64,000 nucleotides of DNA from NCBI GenBank assembly GCA_964632045.1, contig CAZWBB010000004.1, forward strand, positions 18,615 to 82,614, given 5' to 3'. This document shows, piece after piece, positions 26,955 to 36,798 of the stretch. The translations under genes and the position numbers were made by a program. Position 1 is the stretch's first letter. Each line of letters starts with the position of its first letter. The notes under the pieces are model-generated. The model made no database searches. It was not told the origin of the DNA and saw only the letters and a list, made by a program, of their open reading frames with translations. This stretch comes from an uncultured Methanosarcinales archaeon (GTDB lineage Archaea; Nanobdellota; Nanobdellia; Woesearchaeales; GW2011-AR9).

Positions 26955-28010
26955 CTACTCCACCCGAGGCTCAAACTTATACTGATTGAAGATTAGGATA
27001 GAATCATAATAATTTATCCCCTCCTTAAACTCATCTCTTACTTCATTAAGCACTCGGTGAAATTCTTTATTATCTCTGGCGAAGATACTCAACTGGTAGT
27101 TCCACTGGCCGATACACTTGACGCACCACTCAATGTTGTTATGCTGTTCTGCATAACTGTACAAGCGACTGTCTTTCACTCCCACCAGATTAAGGAACAC
27201 CGTGAACCATTGATGACCTAGAGCAGAGAAAGAGACAAGCGGAGTAAAGGATTTGATGACCCCCTGAGAAACAAGGTTTCCCATTCGAAGCTTGACAGAG
27301 TTTGGAGCCACTCTAACTTGGTCAGAGATTTCCTTTAATGTTGCCCGGGCGTTGAACTTCAGCAGAGACAAGATTTGTCTGTCAGTATCATCGATTTTGA
27401 TCACACCATTATATGGTTTAAGTTTATCCCGTTCCCCAAATTCCTTGGCGAAAGCAGAGCCTTTCCTTTCCGCTATATTCATCTCCTGCAGCAGTTCAGA
27501 AGAGGGTTCGTCAAAGATCATCATGTTACCTGCCGGGTCCTCTCTCAGAAAATTCAGTATCACATACTCTCTCACTGCAGAAGCATGCTCCTGCAAAAAA
27601 TTGTTGATGAACGCCTCGAATTCTTCCAGGCTTCTGGTAGTTACATCAAAAGCCAAATCATATCTTCCGCTGCAGGCAGATAGAATGGTAATCTCCTCCC
27701 TGCTGATCAGATCCTCTATCATCTTCTCTTCATGGGTTACTTTCACTAACTTCAATAAAACATTGAAAGTCATAAAACCCAGTTTGCGCGGATCGAGAAG
27801 AGTAAGGAATCCGGTAATGATCTTCCTCTTGCGAAGCTGGGAGATTCTGTAAGCAACAACTTCCCGGCTTAGTTTGAGAGATTTAGCTAGGGCAGTGTTA
27901 GAGATACGGCAGTTCCTGGAAAGGATGTACAAAATCTTCTTATCTAACAAATCCACTTTTTGGGGCATGACATCCTGTAATACCTGCCCTCTAAAAATAT
28001 CTGTGTTCAT
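26955..28010 (-). CDS. Tandem-duplicated Lrp/AsnC-family regulator, paralog 2
   Basis: DKKILYILSRNCRISNTALAKSLKLSREVVAYRISQL, then a second unit DDTDRQILSLLKFNARATLKEISDQVRVAPNSVKLRM. Confidence 0.65.
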   Translation of the reverse strand: MNTDIFRGQVLQDVMPQKVDLLDKKILYILSRNCRISNTALAKSLKLSREVVAYRISQLRKRKIITGFLTLLDPRKLGFMTFNVLLKLVKVTHEEKMIEDLISREEITILSACSGRYDLAFDVTTRSLEEFEAFINNFLQEHASAVREYVILNFLREDPAGNMMIFDEPSSELLQEMNIAERKGSAFAKEFGERDKLKPYNGVIKIDDTDRQILSLLKFNARATLKEISDQVRVAPNSVKLRMGNLVSQGVIKSFTPLVSFSALGHQWFTVFLNLVGVKDSRLYSYAEQHNNIEWCVKCIGQWNYQLSIFARDNKEFHRVLNEVRDEFKEGINYYDSILIFNQYKFEPRVE

Positions 28011-28032
28011 ATATTATACGATAGAACGGATT

Positions 28033-28045
28033 TTATATAAAATTT
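28033..28045 (-). promoter_or_regulatory. TATA-like box (TTTTATATAAAAT) about 27 bp upstream of the Lrp paralog-2 start codon
   Basis: Leaderless spacing on the minus strand. Confidence 0.3.
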
Positions 28046-28136
28046 GTTGTTTTTCGTAAAATTTCCTTCCCTGAATTTTAGATGGTAGGTTCCAGTATCT
28101 TATTTCGAAATCATTAAATACTCCTGAGATCTCTGG

Positions 28137-29150
28137 ATGTTGATGAGGAAGACTTTATTGATTGCAGGAATCATTGCCGGGATTTCTGGTGGAATCTCCA
28201 ATTCTGATGCTCGGTTTAGGACCGGCAGCAATACTAAGATAGCTAGATTACGGGCCAACACTGATCTTCTCCTGGGCCGAGCTGATTATGATCTAAGATT
28301 GGATGTTGATATCCCAAGCAGATATGAGTTGGGATGTGTTGCTTGCAGAGACCCCTATTTGGATGACATAGACACTGTCGGGACGAGTTCGCTTACGCGG
28401 ATGGCGGATATAGGTATCAAACTAAAAGGATCTTCTTATGATTACGCAGAGGTTCTTCTTAGATTATCCAATGATTTGGAGAAGCAGTCCGCTTTACTGG
28501 ATCTGGGCGATTTATATCCTGCTCCCGCCCCTCAGGAGATGGATACCAGAACCATGATTACCAACAGTACCAGATTATTCTCGACTAGTGCCTTTTCTGT
28601 TCCAGAGATTCTTTTAAGAAACGAAAAAGCAGGAAATGAACATCTTGACGAGGGAAGAATCGAGACATTGTACGAGGATGCTAGGATACGGATTACGAAT
28701 GATTTCGGGTTACTTACTTTCCGTAACAATCAAAATGGAACGGAAGTCAGATTTAGGGAAGATCCTTCCGGCGGACTGTACAAACCAACAGATATGGGAG
28801 AAATCATACTTGAGCCAACTCGGCAGCTACTACAGACATCTGCTCTATTGCATGAAAGCAATAGTATTTTGTTGCACCACCCGGAAGAATATAGATTCTA
28901 TTTTCTGGAAAAGACCGACTTAAAGATTTTGAGGATTCTTGATGGCGCAGAAGGCAAGGAGGTGACGGACTACCTGCAGGATAATCTTGATTATTTTGAA
29001 AGTTATAATATTGTTCCATTGAATGATTATCTGGATAGCTTGGAGCACAAAGAGATTGTGAGCCGTGAGACGGGTATTGAAGTGAAAAAGGGCTGTAGTT
29101 TGTATGCTCCCCAACCTTTGGAAGTTTTCTTTTTGTATGGGCGAAGGTGA
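28137..29150 (+). CDS. Hypothetical secreted protein (N-terminal signal-like segment)
   Basis: N-terminal KTLLIAGIIAGISGGIS; ORF of 337 aa. Confidence 0.45.
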   Translation: MLMRKTLLIAGIIAGISGGISNSDARFRTGSNTKIARLRANTDLLLGRADYDLRLDVDIPSRYELGCVACRDPYLDDIDTVGTSSLTRMADIGIKLKGSSYDYAEVLLRLSNDLEKQSALLDLGDLYPAPAPQEMDTRTMITNSTRLFSTSAFSVPEILLRNEKAGNEHLDEGRIETLYEDARIRITNDFGLLTFRNNQNGTEVRFREDPSGGLYKPTDMGEIILEPTRQLLQTSALLHESNSILLHHPEEYRFYFLEKTDLKILRILDGAEGKEVTDYLQDNLDYFESYNIVPLNDYLDSLEHKEIVSRETGIEVKKGCSLYAPQPLEVFFLYGRR

Positions 29151-29237
29151 GCAGCAGATACTTAGTGCCGGACATCGTTTTAATCCTGCAGTAGTAAATG
29201 TAGAAAAGTTTAAATAATCTCGGTTTGTATACTCTTA

Positions 29238-31205
29238 GTGATGCAAGATTATATCCAGGAATGGAAAGAAGTGCTGCGGGGGGCAGGAAGATTTCACAAA
29301 GTACAGTTGAAGAAGCTGGTAATACAGGCCCTGGACTGTGCCGTAAACAGAAATGCGGATGACATTGAGGATGAGGGGACTAGGGACAGAATTCTGAAGA
29401 AACAGACAGAATTGCAGAGATGGAAAAGCTCTCTGGAGAAAGATGAGTCGCTTCAGTACAGTCCTGAGCAGGATGATTATCTAAGAATCCTAAATGATGA
29501 TTTCTCCCTCAAAGTAAAAGCGAAGGAAAATAAAATATCTGTATTTGAGGATCTTATCCCCTGCCTTGAAGAGTTCATAGAAAATGAAGAAGAGTCACAC
29601 GGGGGGATTGATCACAGTGTATTTGATTCTCAATTAAGGGATAGAGACAAAAGAAAATCTCTTGCTGAGCATTTTCTTGAATTCGCTTCCCTGGATAATA
29701 GGATTGATTATCTCCAGCGGGAGCTGATGATAAATGAGCAAAGATATCGGAAAACATCTCCTATTTGGACCTTGCAGGCAGAAGTAGACAGGGATAGGAT
29801 GGAAGAATCACTAGGTTTTGTCAGGATGATTGAAGGTAGTACGCCGTTGGACTATTCATTGCTGTTTAACAGGCCCATATTTGAAGAACCAAAGTGGAAG
29901 TTGCTGCACAGAGACAGGGAAGGCAGGCTGAAATATTTCTGCAGGGTTGAGGAAGAAAAAGATAAGTGGGAGAGGAATATTTTGGGGAATTGTGAAAGGA
30001 CATGGGGTGTCATCAATCAGCAACTAGGTGATTTAGGCGAGGTCAATACTACCAGTGATGCCCTGGTCTGCCTACAGAAGGTTGGCAGCAATCTGCAGAA
30101 AAGAGCGAGTCATCTTCTGAAAAGTAATAAGTACTTACTCAAAGCATTTCAGGTAAATGTTGGGAAGCATTATGAACTCCTGCAGTATTACCAGCTATTT
30201 GAAAAGAGAAGTAGGGATGGTAAGGAAGGAGAATATGAAAAAAAGCAGCTGGTGATCCGGCCACCCCAAACCTTGGCAGAACTGGTCGGTTGCAAAAGTC
30301 GTGATCATCTTTCAAACTATCCTGGACAATTACAGTATGACAATCTCCTTGGGAATTTTTGCTTCTTTGACCAGGATCAGAATCTGGCACAGCTCTATCT
30401 TTACGCAGCTCACGTACATACCCGCCTACTGGGCATCTGGATGAAGGATGAAGAAGGAGGAGAAGAGATGTTAGGCTTGGTACCGATGCTGATGCTACGG
30501 GACAAAAAGGGGAAGAAACCATGGTTGTATGTTGAAGCTCCCATGGTTCCGGCAGGACTGGCAACCCAAAGAGTAGAGTTTCAGGGTGAAAATATTGAAG
30601 TGAATTTCTATCAGGCTTTGATAGAGATTGTCGGTGCCTACAGTGTATTGCACGCTGGACAGCCGATGCCTATTGCTGGCTGTGCTAGGAAAGCAGATGC
30701 TGCTTACAGCTCCACGCTTGTACCGTGGATCGAGACACTTACTGAACAGTTCAGCACCCAAAAGTATCCGAATAAAGTGAGCTTTGGTAGCGCGACAACC
30801 GCCCAGAAAGGAATCAGAAAAGTAACCAGGCCAAAATATTTCGAGTCACTGGAGTTAGAGCTGCCCGACTACCAGAAACTCTTAGGATTTCTACAACATC
30901 TGGTCGTGTTAAAGGGAAGCAATCTTTATGAATACAATAAGTTGCTTACCAATACACAATCCTACCTGAATGATCCTGATCACGGTAGCAAGACATTATA
31001 TGATCAATGGCAGGAGATGTCTGGTGAGGTTGATTTTATCCCAATCATTAAGTATCTGCTATTGGTACATGACATGGACCAGTTGGATAAGGGAAAAGAA
31101 TTTACGTTGAGAGAGAAGATGGGAGAGATGTGGAAAAGATGTAAGTCTGGTGTAAGAATGTACGTTAAGCCTGTGGGGAAAACTGGAAGACGAGGGAGAA
31201 AATGA
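29238..31205 (+). CDS. Hypothetical protein (655 aa)
   Basis: Long ORF with an ATGA overlap to the next gene. Confidence 0.5.
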   Translation: MMQDYIQEWKEVLRGAGRFHKVQLKKLVIQALDCAVNRNADDIEDEGTRDRILKKQTELQRWKSSLEKDESLQYSPEQDDYLRILNDDFSLKVKAKENKISVFEDLIPCLEEFIENEEESHGGIDHSVFDSQLRDRDKRKSLAEHFLEFASLDNRIDYLQRELMINEQRYRKTSPIWTLQAEVDRDRMEESLGFVRMIEGSTPLDYSLLFNRPIFEEPKWKLLHRDREGRLKYFCRVEEEKDKWERNILGNCERTWGVINQQLGDLGEVNTTSDALVCLQKVGSNLQKRASHLLKSNKYLLKAFQVNVGKHYELLQYYQLFEKRSRDGKEGEYEKKQLVIRPPQTLAELVGCKSRDHLSNYPGQLQYDNLLGNFCFFDQDQNLAQLYLYAAHVHTRLLGIWMKDEEGGEEMLGLVPMLMLRDKKGKKPWLYVEAPMVPAGLATQRVEFQGENIEVNFYQALIEIVGAYSVLHAGQPMPIAGCARKADAAYSSTLVPWIETLTEQFSTQKYPNKVSFGSATTAQKGIRKVTRPKYFESLELELPDYQKLLGFLQHLVVLKGSNLYEYNKLLTNTQSYLNDPDHGSKTLYDQWQEMSGEVDFIPIIKYLLLVHDMDQLDKGKEFTLREKMGEMWKRCKSGVRMYVKPVGKTGRRGRK

Positions 31206-32266
31206 AATATGGTGGATTGAATGAAGAAAAGAATGGTGATCCCAATAAAAGATTATTTACAAAAGCAGTAGCTTATCTGTCAGACCCCATCAAGAAGGCA
31301 GCAAAAAGTGCTGGTTGTCTAGTTGCGGGAGCAAGTATGCTGACGGGAAGCGGTGTCTTTGGGCAGACTTTTGCTAACCCTGCATTATTTTATGGAGGGG
31401 CAAACGCAAGCCTGGATTTAGTAATGGGTATGGAAACTGCATTTGGTGGCATATCAGGTATGGAAGGAATTTATGGGGGGATGTTGATGGAAGAGACCAT
31501 TTTGCACCTTGATAGGCCAGAAGCAATGTTAATCGGTCTAGTGCTGGAATGCCATAATGGGGAGAGGTGTGACTTAGAAGAGATGAACTCATTAGCCGAA
31601 TCCATAACTGCAAAGAGGACGGGAAGGGGCAGTATTGTTGGTTCATCAGTGGATGATCTTTGGAGTGTACTTGAAGGCAAAAAATCTTCAAAGGGATCAT
31701 TCAGAGAAGCGTTGGCCGCCATCAGTATGAATCTACCTGTGCCTGATGAAAAGACAACGCCCGTAAAAAGAGTACTTGTACAAACTACAGAGGATGATTC
31801 ATTGAAGATAATGCGGGATTTTCATAACAGTGATGTCTACTTTTTCAATAAGAATGAAGGTCGTGTAAGCAAAATCAGTGCAGATTCTTTGGAAGGCTGG
31901 TCCAGGCAAGTGAATGGTAGGATCATCGGTCCGGAAGCTGCGCTTTTTATCCCTACAGAATTTGCGTATACCGGAGACACGAGACAATTGCTGCAGATTG
32001 CCGACTTGGGTCGTGTGGATAAAAATATTCTATTGCCCTGGACCCGGAAGTATGAAAGAGTAGTTTGGGAAGATGTCAACGACCCGTCCGAGTTTCATTC
32101 TGTTTTTGCAGCAAGCCCGATGGAAGACTATGTAAAAGATTTTAGCAAAGCAGGCAGACACGAAGTGAATGAAAAATCCGGGGTAGACACAGGCTGCCAA
32201 GTGTACGTACTAACGCAACAACACTCGTCACTTCTTTTTGGGGCATTGCTTGGGAATAGGCGATAG
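31202..32266 (+). CDS. Hypothetical protein with a Gly/Met-rich segment and a C-terminal domain shared with the next gene
   Basis: C-terminus DPSEFHSVF..PMEDYVKDFSKAGRHEVNEKSGVDTGCQVYVL compared with DPVLFYGDH..PMKEYVKALSSSGRKIAKINTGVGTGCQMYVV. Confidence 0.45.
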   Translation: MKYGGLNEEKNGDPNKRLFTKAVAYLSDPIKKAAKSAGCLVAGASMLTGSGVFGQTFANPALFYGGANASLDLVMGMETAFGGISGMEGIYGGMLMEETILHLDRPEAMLIGLVLECHNGERCDLEEMNSLAESITAKRTGRGSIVGSSVDDLWSVLEGKKSSKGSFREALAAISMNLPVPDEKTTPVKRVLVQTTEDDSLKIMRDFHNSDVYFFNKNEGRVSKISADSLEGWSRQVNGRIIGPEAALFIPTEFAYTGDTRQLLQIADLGRVDKNILLPWTRKYERVVWEDVNDPSEFHSVFAASPMEDYVKDFSKAGRHEVNEKSGVDTGCQVYVLTQQHSSLLFGALLGNRR

Positions 32267-32315
32267 TGGGATTTAGGCCGAAAGTATTATAAATTCCGGG
32301 AAATCTAATTATTAT

Positions 32316-33497
32316 ATGGGGGTCAAGAAGCTAAGAACATTAGGGATAGCAGCTGCTTTGGCAGGTAGCATCTCCTTCTCTCAACCTGCGCATTCTATGG
32401 TACAAACTGTATCCATGAACCTTCTGACAGCAAATTATGCTATGTCCATGAACTTTGGCTTTGTCTCCGGAATGGGGGTCGCAAGCATGGTCTATGATCC
32501 AGCAGTTATCAATCCGATGACCCATATGGTCTCTCTGCAGGTCCATAGCGATTATTTTAATGCGGTCAATTCACTTGGTCATATCATACAAGAAGCCGAT
32601 GATCCCTACAACAAACATGCTGTATGGACTGCTCTCAGGAAGGAAGCTGAGGATAATGGCTACAGAGAGGCGGTGAGGAGTCTTGACTACAATTATCAAA
32701 ATGATTATCTTGTCTATGAAGGTGATACCCTATGGGAGATCGCCAGAGCGTACTTAGGAGATCCTTTGAGGTGGGAGGAGATCGCTGCTGCGAATGATGT
32801 TTATGATCCCCGCCTGCTGCCGATCGGAAAAGGGTTAGTGATTCGTCAACAGTACCATTCAACAGAACAGCCAATAAATGAGCGGACAGTTAGTCGGACA
32901 AATTCTTTACCCACAGAGAAAGCAGTACCGCAACGAAGTTCCGATACAATATTCGGTTCACCAGCCCATCACCTTCGTCCAGAATCCCTACAACCAGTCT
33001 ACAGAGATGATTTTATGCAGATCGTACACGGTTCTTTTGATGGCAGTGTCCATTTTGTAAATTATGATCACGGAGTGATCAGCAGTGCTGATAGTACCGA
33101 ATCATCTGGCTGGTTCAAGTCTCCTCAGGGAGGGGTGGTTCGCCTGAAAGCAGAAGAGCAGCTCTTGATCAATTCGCCTAAACTCTTTGAAGGAGCTCTT
33201 GTTGATCTGTATCAGTTTGATCAAAGAAGGCTGGCTTTTGTCAACAGAGAGAACGGAGATATCGTTAAATTGTTTGATGCTCTGGATGGAGAGGAGGTGA
33301 CGACGATAGAGAATGATCCTGTTTTGTTCTATGGGGATCATCAACCGGTTCCGATGAAAGAGTATGTGAAAGCATTGAGCAGCAGCGGCAGGAAAATTGC
33401 AAAAATCAACACAGGAGTAGGTACTGGTTGTCAGATGTATGTTGTCCCCGCAGAACCTTCCCCAAAACTCCTGCAGGCTCTGATCAGGAGAAAGTAA
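32316..33497 (+). CDS. Secreted LysM-domain protein with the shared C-terminal domain
   Basis: Signal LGIAAALAGSISFS. LysM: YLVYEGDTLWEIARAYLGDPLRWEEIAAANDVYDPRLLPIGKGLVI. Confidence 0.55.
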   Translation: MGVKKLRTLGIAAALAGSISFSQPAHSMVQTVSMNLLTANYAMSMNFGFVSGMGVASMVYDPAVINPMTHMVSLQVHSDYFNAVNSLGHIIQEADDPYNKHAVWTALRKEAEDNGYREAVRSLDYNYQNDYLVYEGDTLWEIARAYLGDPLRWEEIAAANDVYDPRLLPIGKGLVIRQQYHSTEQPINERTVSRTNSLPTEKAVPQRSSDTIFGSPAHHLRPESLQPVYRDDFMQIVHGSFDGSVHFVNYDHGVISSADSTESSGWFKSPQGGVVRLKAEEQLLINSPKLFEGALVDLYQFDQRRLAFVNRENGDIVKLFDALDGEEVTTIENDPVLFYGDHQPVPMKEYVKALSSSGRKIAKINTGVGTGCQMYVVPAEPSPKLLQALIRRK

Positions 33498-33592
33498 TTC
33501 CACAAGTAATCAATTTCTTTTCTGAATAGTATTGTTTTCGTAAAAGAAGCAGAAGAAGATTTTATATTTGACAAAGCGTACGATAATCCAAC

Positions 33593-34063
33593 ATGAATAT
33601 CAGTTCAAAACTCTCTGATATTAAAGAGAGCATCTACGACAGCATCGACTCAATTGCAGATGAAACAAAAGAAGCACTCCTTGGCGGCCTGATCATGGCC
33701 ACTGTTCTCGGAGGCAGCTGCTATTACTGCAGGGGACAGGAGCTGCATGATGTTACCGTCTCTTCATTTGAAAGAAACATGGGCTACTGCGGAGAGTACG
33801 GTGAAGTGGACTGCTATAACCCAGTCCACACTTTTTCAGGGGTAGAAGGCTGCTTTGAAGACAAAAGCTTGAATGGCTGCTACAATTTCGAAGAAGGTGA
33901 GAAGCTGATCATGCAGCCAGGTGATAAGATGAAAACTGTCACCTATCGTAATCCAGTACTTCCTCCTTGGGGATGTGATGTGATAACTGAAGTGGATCCT
34001 TCCAAGGAAGAGATGGCTGGTAAAGGCAGATGGAGGGACAAGATACTTTGTCTGTTCAGGTGA
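33593..34063 (+). CDS. Hypothetical Cys-rich membrane-anchored protein (156 aa)
   Basis: Transmembrane segment LLGGLIMATVLGG, then 8 Cys. Confidence 0.4.
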   Translation: MNISSKLSDIKESIYDSIDSIADETKEALLGGLIMATVLGGSCYYCRGQELHDVTVSSFERNMGYCGEYGEVDCYNPVHTFSGVEGCFEDKSLNGCYNFEEGEKLIMQPGDKMKTVTYRNPVLPPWGCDVITEVDPSKEEMAGKGRWRDKILCLFR

Positions 34064-34084
34064 TGAGGTAAGCTGAGGTAAAAA

Positions 34085-34507
34085 ATGGAACATATTGAAA
34101 AGCTGTTGAATCAAAGTATTATTGAAAAATCTGTACTCATTTATGGGCAGATGAACAGATTAGGTCTCAGGCATACCTGCGACGAATCCATCCCCTGCAC
34201 TTATATGGAACATCGTTATACCAAAGACACTCATAGGTGGGAGTTTCGGGATGGAAATGGAATAAGGTATCAGATCGACTATGAAGAGAACGAAAAATAC
34301 AGTCGCTCAGAACATGGTACACGGACAACAGAAGTCAAAGTTATCCGTCATAACCCTGATTCCACAAAAAGTAAGATCCTATCCAGCAAACATGTCTACT
34401 GGTGGACAGATTATGTGCAGGAAAGGGAAGAGACGCTGGAATGTTACACCCGTCTGCATATGGAAGATGATCTTGGTAGATTTCTGATGGGGAAGCTTAG
34501 AGAATGA
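34085..34507 (+). CDS. Hypothetical protein (140 aa)
   Basis: ORF with a GAGGT-type ribosome-binding site upstream. Confidence 0.4.
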   Translation: MEHIEKLLNQSIIEKSVLIYGQMNRLGLRHTCDESIPCTYMEHRYTKDTHRWEFRDGNGIRYQIDYEENEKYSRSEHGTRTTEVKVIRHNPDSTKSKILSSKHVYWWTDYVQEREETLECYTRLHMEDDLGRFLMGKLRE

Positions 34508-34523
34508 AGCACTTGCCATCTAC

Positions 34524-35480
34524 TTAATAAGAAGTTGTTCTTGTTAAATGGTATGGTTTATCGTTTTTTAGTTTCTTTTGACCTAGCATCCAAATATGGT
34601 CATTAACATGAATTGAATCTGCGTGTAAGATCTTCTTCTGAATTTTTTGTTTTATTAATTCAACAACCCAAATTGTATTTGCTCTTAACTCAATCTCTTC
34701 TTCACTATCTCTCTCTATTGGTATTTGATTATCAATTTTACCTGCTAGATTATCTGAATAAGAAAAAATACCTAGTCTCCTTAAAACAAATGGTAATTTA
34801 TAATCAGCACACGCGGTCAATTCATTGATATTCTTTAATCTACCCAGTCCGTGTCCACCAAATGCCTGAACAATATCTGAAACTAGAAGTTGGGCACGTT
34901 TGTAGAAATAGACTTTTTCACCTTTGTATATTGATGAATCCTCAAATGATGGAAAATTCTTTACTATCAATCTCAATAATTCTTGTGAATCCCCTTTGGC
35001 ATCTTTAACGAGATTAGTGAAATCCCCTTCAAAGTTATTTACTAAAGTTGTTCCAATTTCTCTAAGAATATTTAACCTTTCTTCAAATAAAGGGATTTGG
35101 ACATTTCCTTCTAAAATTTTACTCAACTCAGATTTTTTAATTTGAGATAGATATTTTGTATCCAGGATGCGCAATCCGTTTTCAACGGCTCTGGCCACAG
35201 CACAAATCATCCCATATGCACCATCCACTTCTTTAGAATGGTATTGTATTTTCCATTTTGGATCACCCCAATAAGAAAAGCTAATTGAATTAAATACGAG
35301 TAAAAAATGCAGTCTGTCTTTTGGAATTAAGTTCTTTATATCAAATGGTGATTCATTTATCCAATGTTTAATGTGCTTATAATCAAAATAATTACAAAAT
35401 TCATCAACTTTTTGAGAGTTTATTCTTACGTGTTGAGAATTTTCAACAACGAATTTGGGAGATTCTATGATTCTATTCAT
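34524..35480 (-). CDS. Hypothetical protein (318 aa); speculative resemblance to queuosine-salvage (DUF2419/Qng1-like) proteins
   Basis: Size and vague composition only. Immediately downstream of Lrp paralog 3 on the same strand. Confidence 0.35.
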   Translation of the reverse strand: MNRIIESPKFVVENSQHVRINSQKVDEFCNYFDYKHIKHWINESPFDIKNLIPKDRLHFLLVFNSISFSYWGDPKWKIQYHSKEVDGAYGMICAVARAVENGLRILDTKYLSQIKKSELSKILEGNVQIPLFEERLNILREIGTTLVNNFEGDFTNLVKDAKGDSQELLRLIVKNFPSFEDSSIYKGEKVYFYKRAQLLVSDIVQAFGGHGLGRLKNINELTACADYKLPFVLRRLGIFSYSDNLAGKIDNQIPIERDSEEEIELRANTIWVVELIKQKIQKKILHADSIHVNDHIWMLGQKKLKNDKPYHLTRTTSY

Positions 35481-35523
35481 GTGGCAAATAGAAAAGCGAG
35501 ATTACTTAAAAAATGTTTGCTAT

Positions 35524-36567
35524 TTACTTAACATAAGAAACATACTGTGGATTCCTGAACACAGGCAGACTTTCGATATGACTTATCCCTTCTCCAAACT
35601 GCTGGCATAATTCCTGCAGGATGTCTGACAGATGGGCGTTATGTTTGACGAAGAAACTTAATTTGTAGTTATAATCCCCAAGATACTTGGTGCACCAGAC
35701 AATGTGCGGGTGCTGCTCAGTCCAAGTTTTGAATGCTGTCTCCACCCCCTGCTTTACATTCAGAAATACAAAGTTGAACTGCAATCCAAGGTGGGCAAGT
35801 GCTGCGTAGCAGATGAAACCATGGATGACATCTTCTTTTATTAACTTCCTGATCCTGTTCTGCAGCTGGAAGACGCTGATACCGGTCTTCTTGGACAGAT
35901 CTGTCAAAGGAATCCGTGCATTCAATTTCAGTTCATCAAGAATAACTTTGTCTGTATGATCGATTTTGATCATTTCTCTGCTGATGTTCTGCATGTCAAA
36001 TTCTTTCTGGAAGGCACTACCTTTCCGCTCTTTGATCTTATTGAGATAATCCCGGTCTTTCTTTTCATCTACGAGCATCTTCAGTCTCATGAAACGCTGC
36101 TCGAGACGGGTTAGGATGTTATAATTCTTGATCTTGTCTCCATGACGAAGCAGCAGGTTATGGAAGACATCATAACAGGTATGTTCATCCTTGGCCATTA
36201 TGGTAAGGATGATGTCATGCATCCCCCCACATTGAAAAACAGAACTTATTTCCGGGATGGTCTTAATGTCATTTACAACATCGTCAACCTTGACTGTAGT
36301 ATTGACCTTCAGCCCCACTCCCTTAGAACACAGACCTACTTTTTGCACATTGATCAGAGTCAGATAACCATGGATGATTTTAAGCTCCTGCATCCTTTTG
36401 ATGCGGTAAGCCACCACTTCCCTCCCTATCTTAAGATGTTTGGCGATGGTCGTATTTGAGAGTCTGGCATTGCATGAAAGCAGGTACAAGATCTTTCTAT
36501 CTATTAGGTCCACTTTTTCCTGTTTGACCTTTACCTGCAATTGACCTATAAATTCTTCGCCGTTCAT
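35524..36567 (-). CDS. Tandem-duplicated Lrp/AsnC-family regulator, paralog 3
   Basis: DRKILYLLSCNARLSNTTIAKHLKIGREVVAYRIKRM, then a second unit DHTDKVILDELKLNARIPLTDLSKKTGISVFQLQNRIRKL. Confidence 0.65.
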   Translation of the reverse strand: MNGEEFIGQLQVKVKQEKVDLIDRKILYLLSCNARLSNTTIAKHLKIGREVVAYRIKRMQELKIIHGYLTLINVQKVGLCSKGVGLKVNTTVKVDDVVNDIKTIPEISSVFQCGGMHDIILTIMAKDEHTCYDVFHNLLLRHGDKIKNYNILTRLEQRFMRLKMLVDEKKDRDYLNKIKERKGSAFQKEFDMQNISREMIKIDHTDKVILDELKLNARIPLTDLSKKTGISVFQLQNRIRKLIKEDVIHGFICYAALAHLGLQFNFVFLNVKQGVETAFKTWTEQHPHIVWCTKYLGDYNYKLSFFVKHNAHLSDILQELCQQFGEGISHIESLPVFRNPQYVSYVK

Positions 36568-36798
36568 TTTCTACAGTATGCTTAGAATTGCAGTTCTTTT
36601 TTAATCTATCGGAAGAAAATGGGCTGATTTGTCTTTTATAATTATACGCTAGTAGTCATACAACGTGAAACATACCTACCTTTCCTCTAATTTTCCGAAA
36701 AGTATACTCCAGCTGTGGCAACTATTCTTTTCGGCAAATATCTGGAAGGAGATTTTATTATTTATTTTGAGTACTGGTATACACAACAGAGGGGATAA

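Noticed and set aside
34524-35480. Assigning the 318-aa protein as a queuosine-salvage (Qng1/DUF2419) enzyme
   Set aside because: This rests on an impression of size and composition and I cannot recall diagnostic residues. Left as hypothetical with a low-confidence note.
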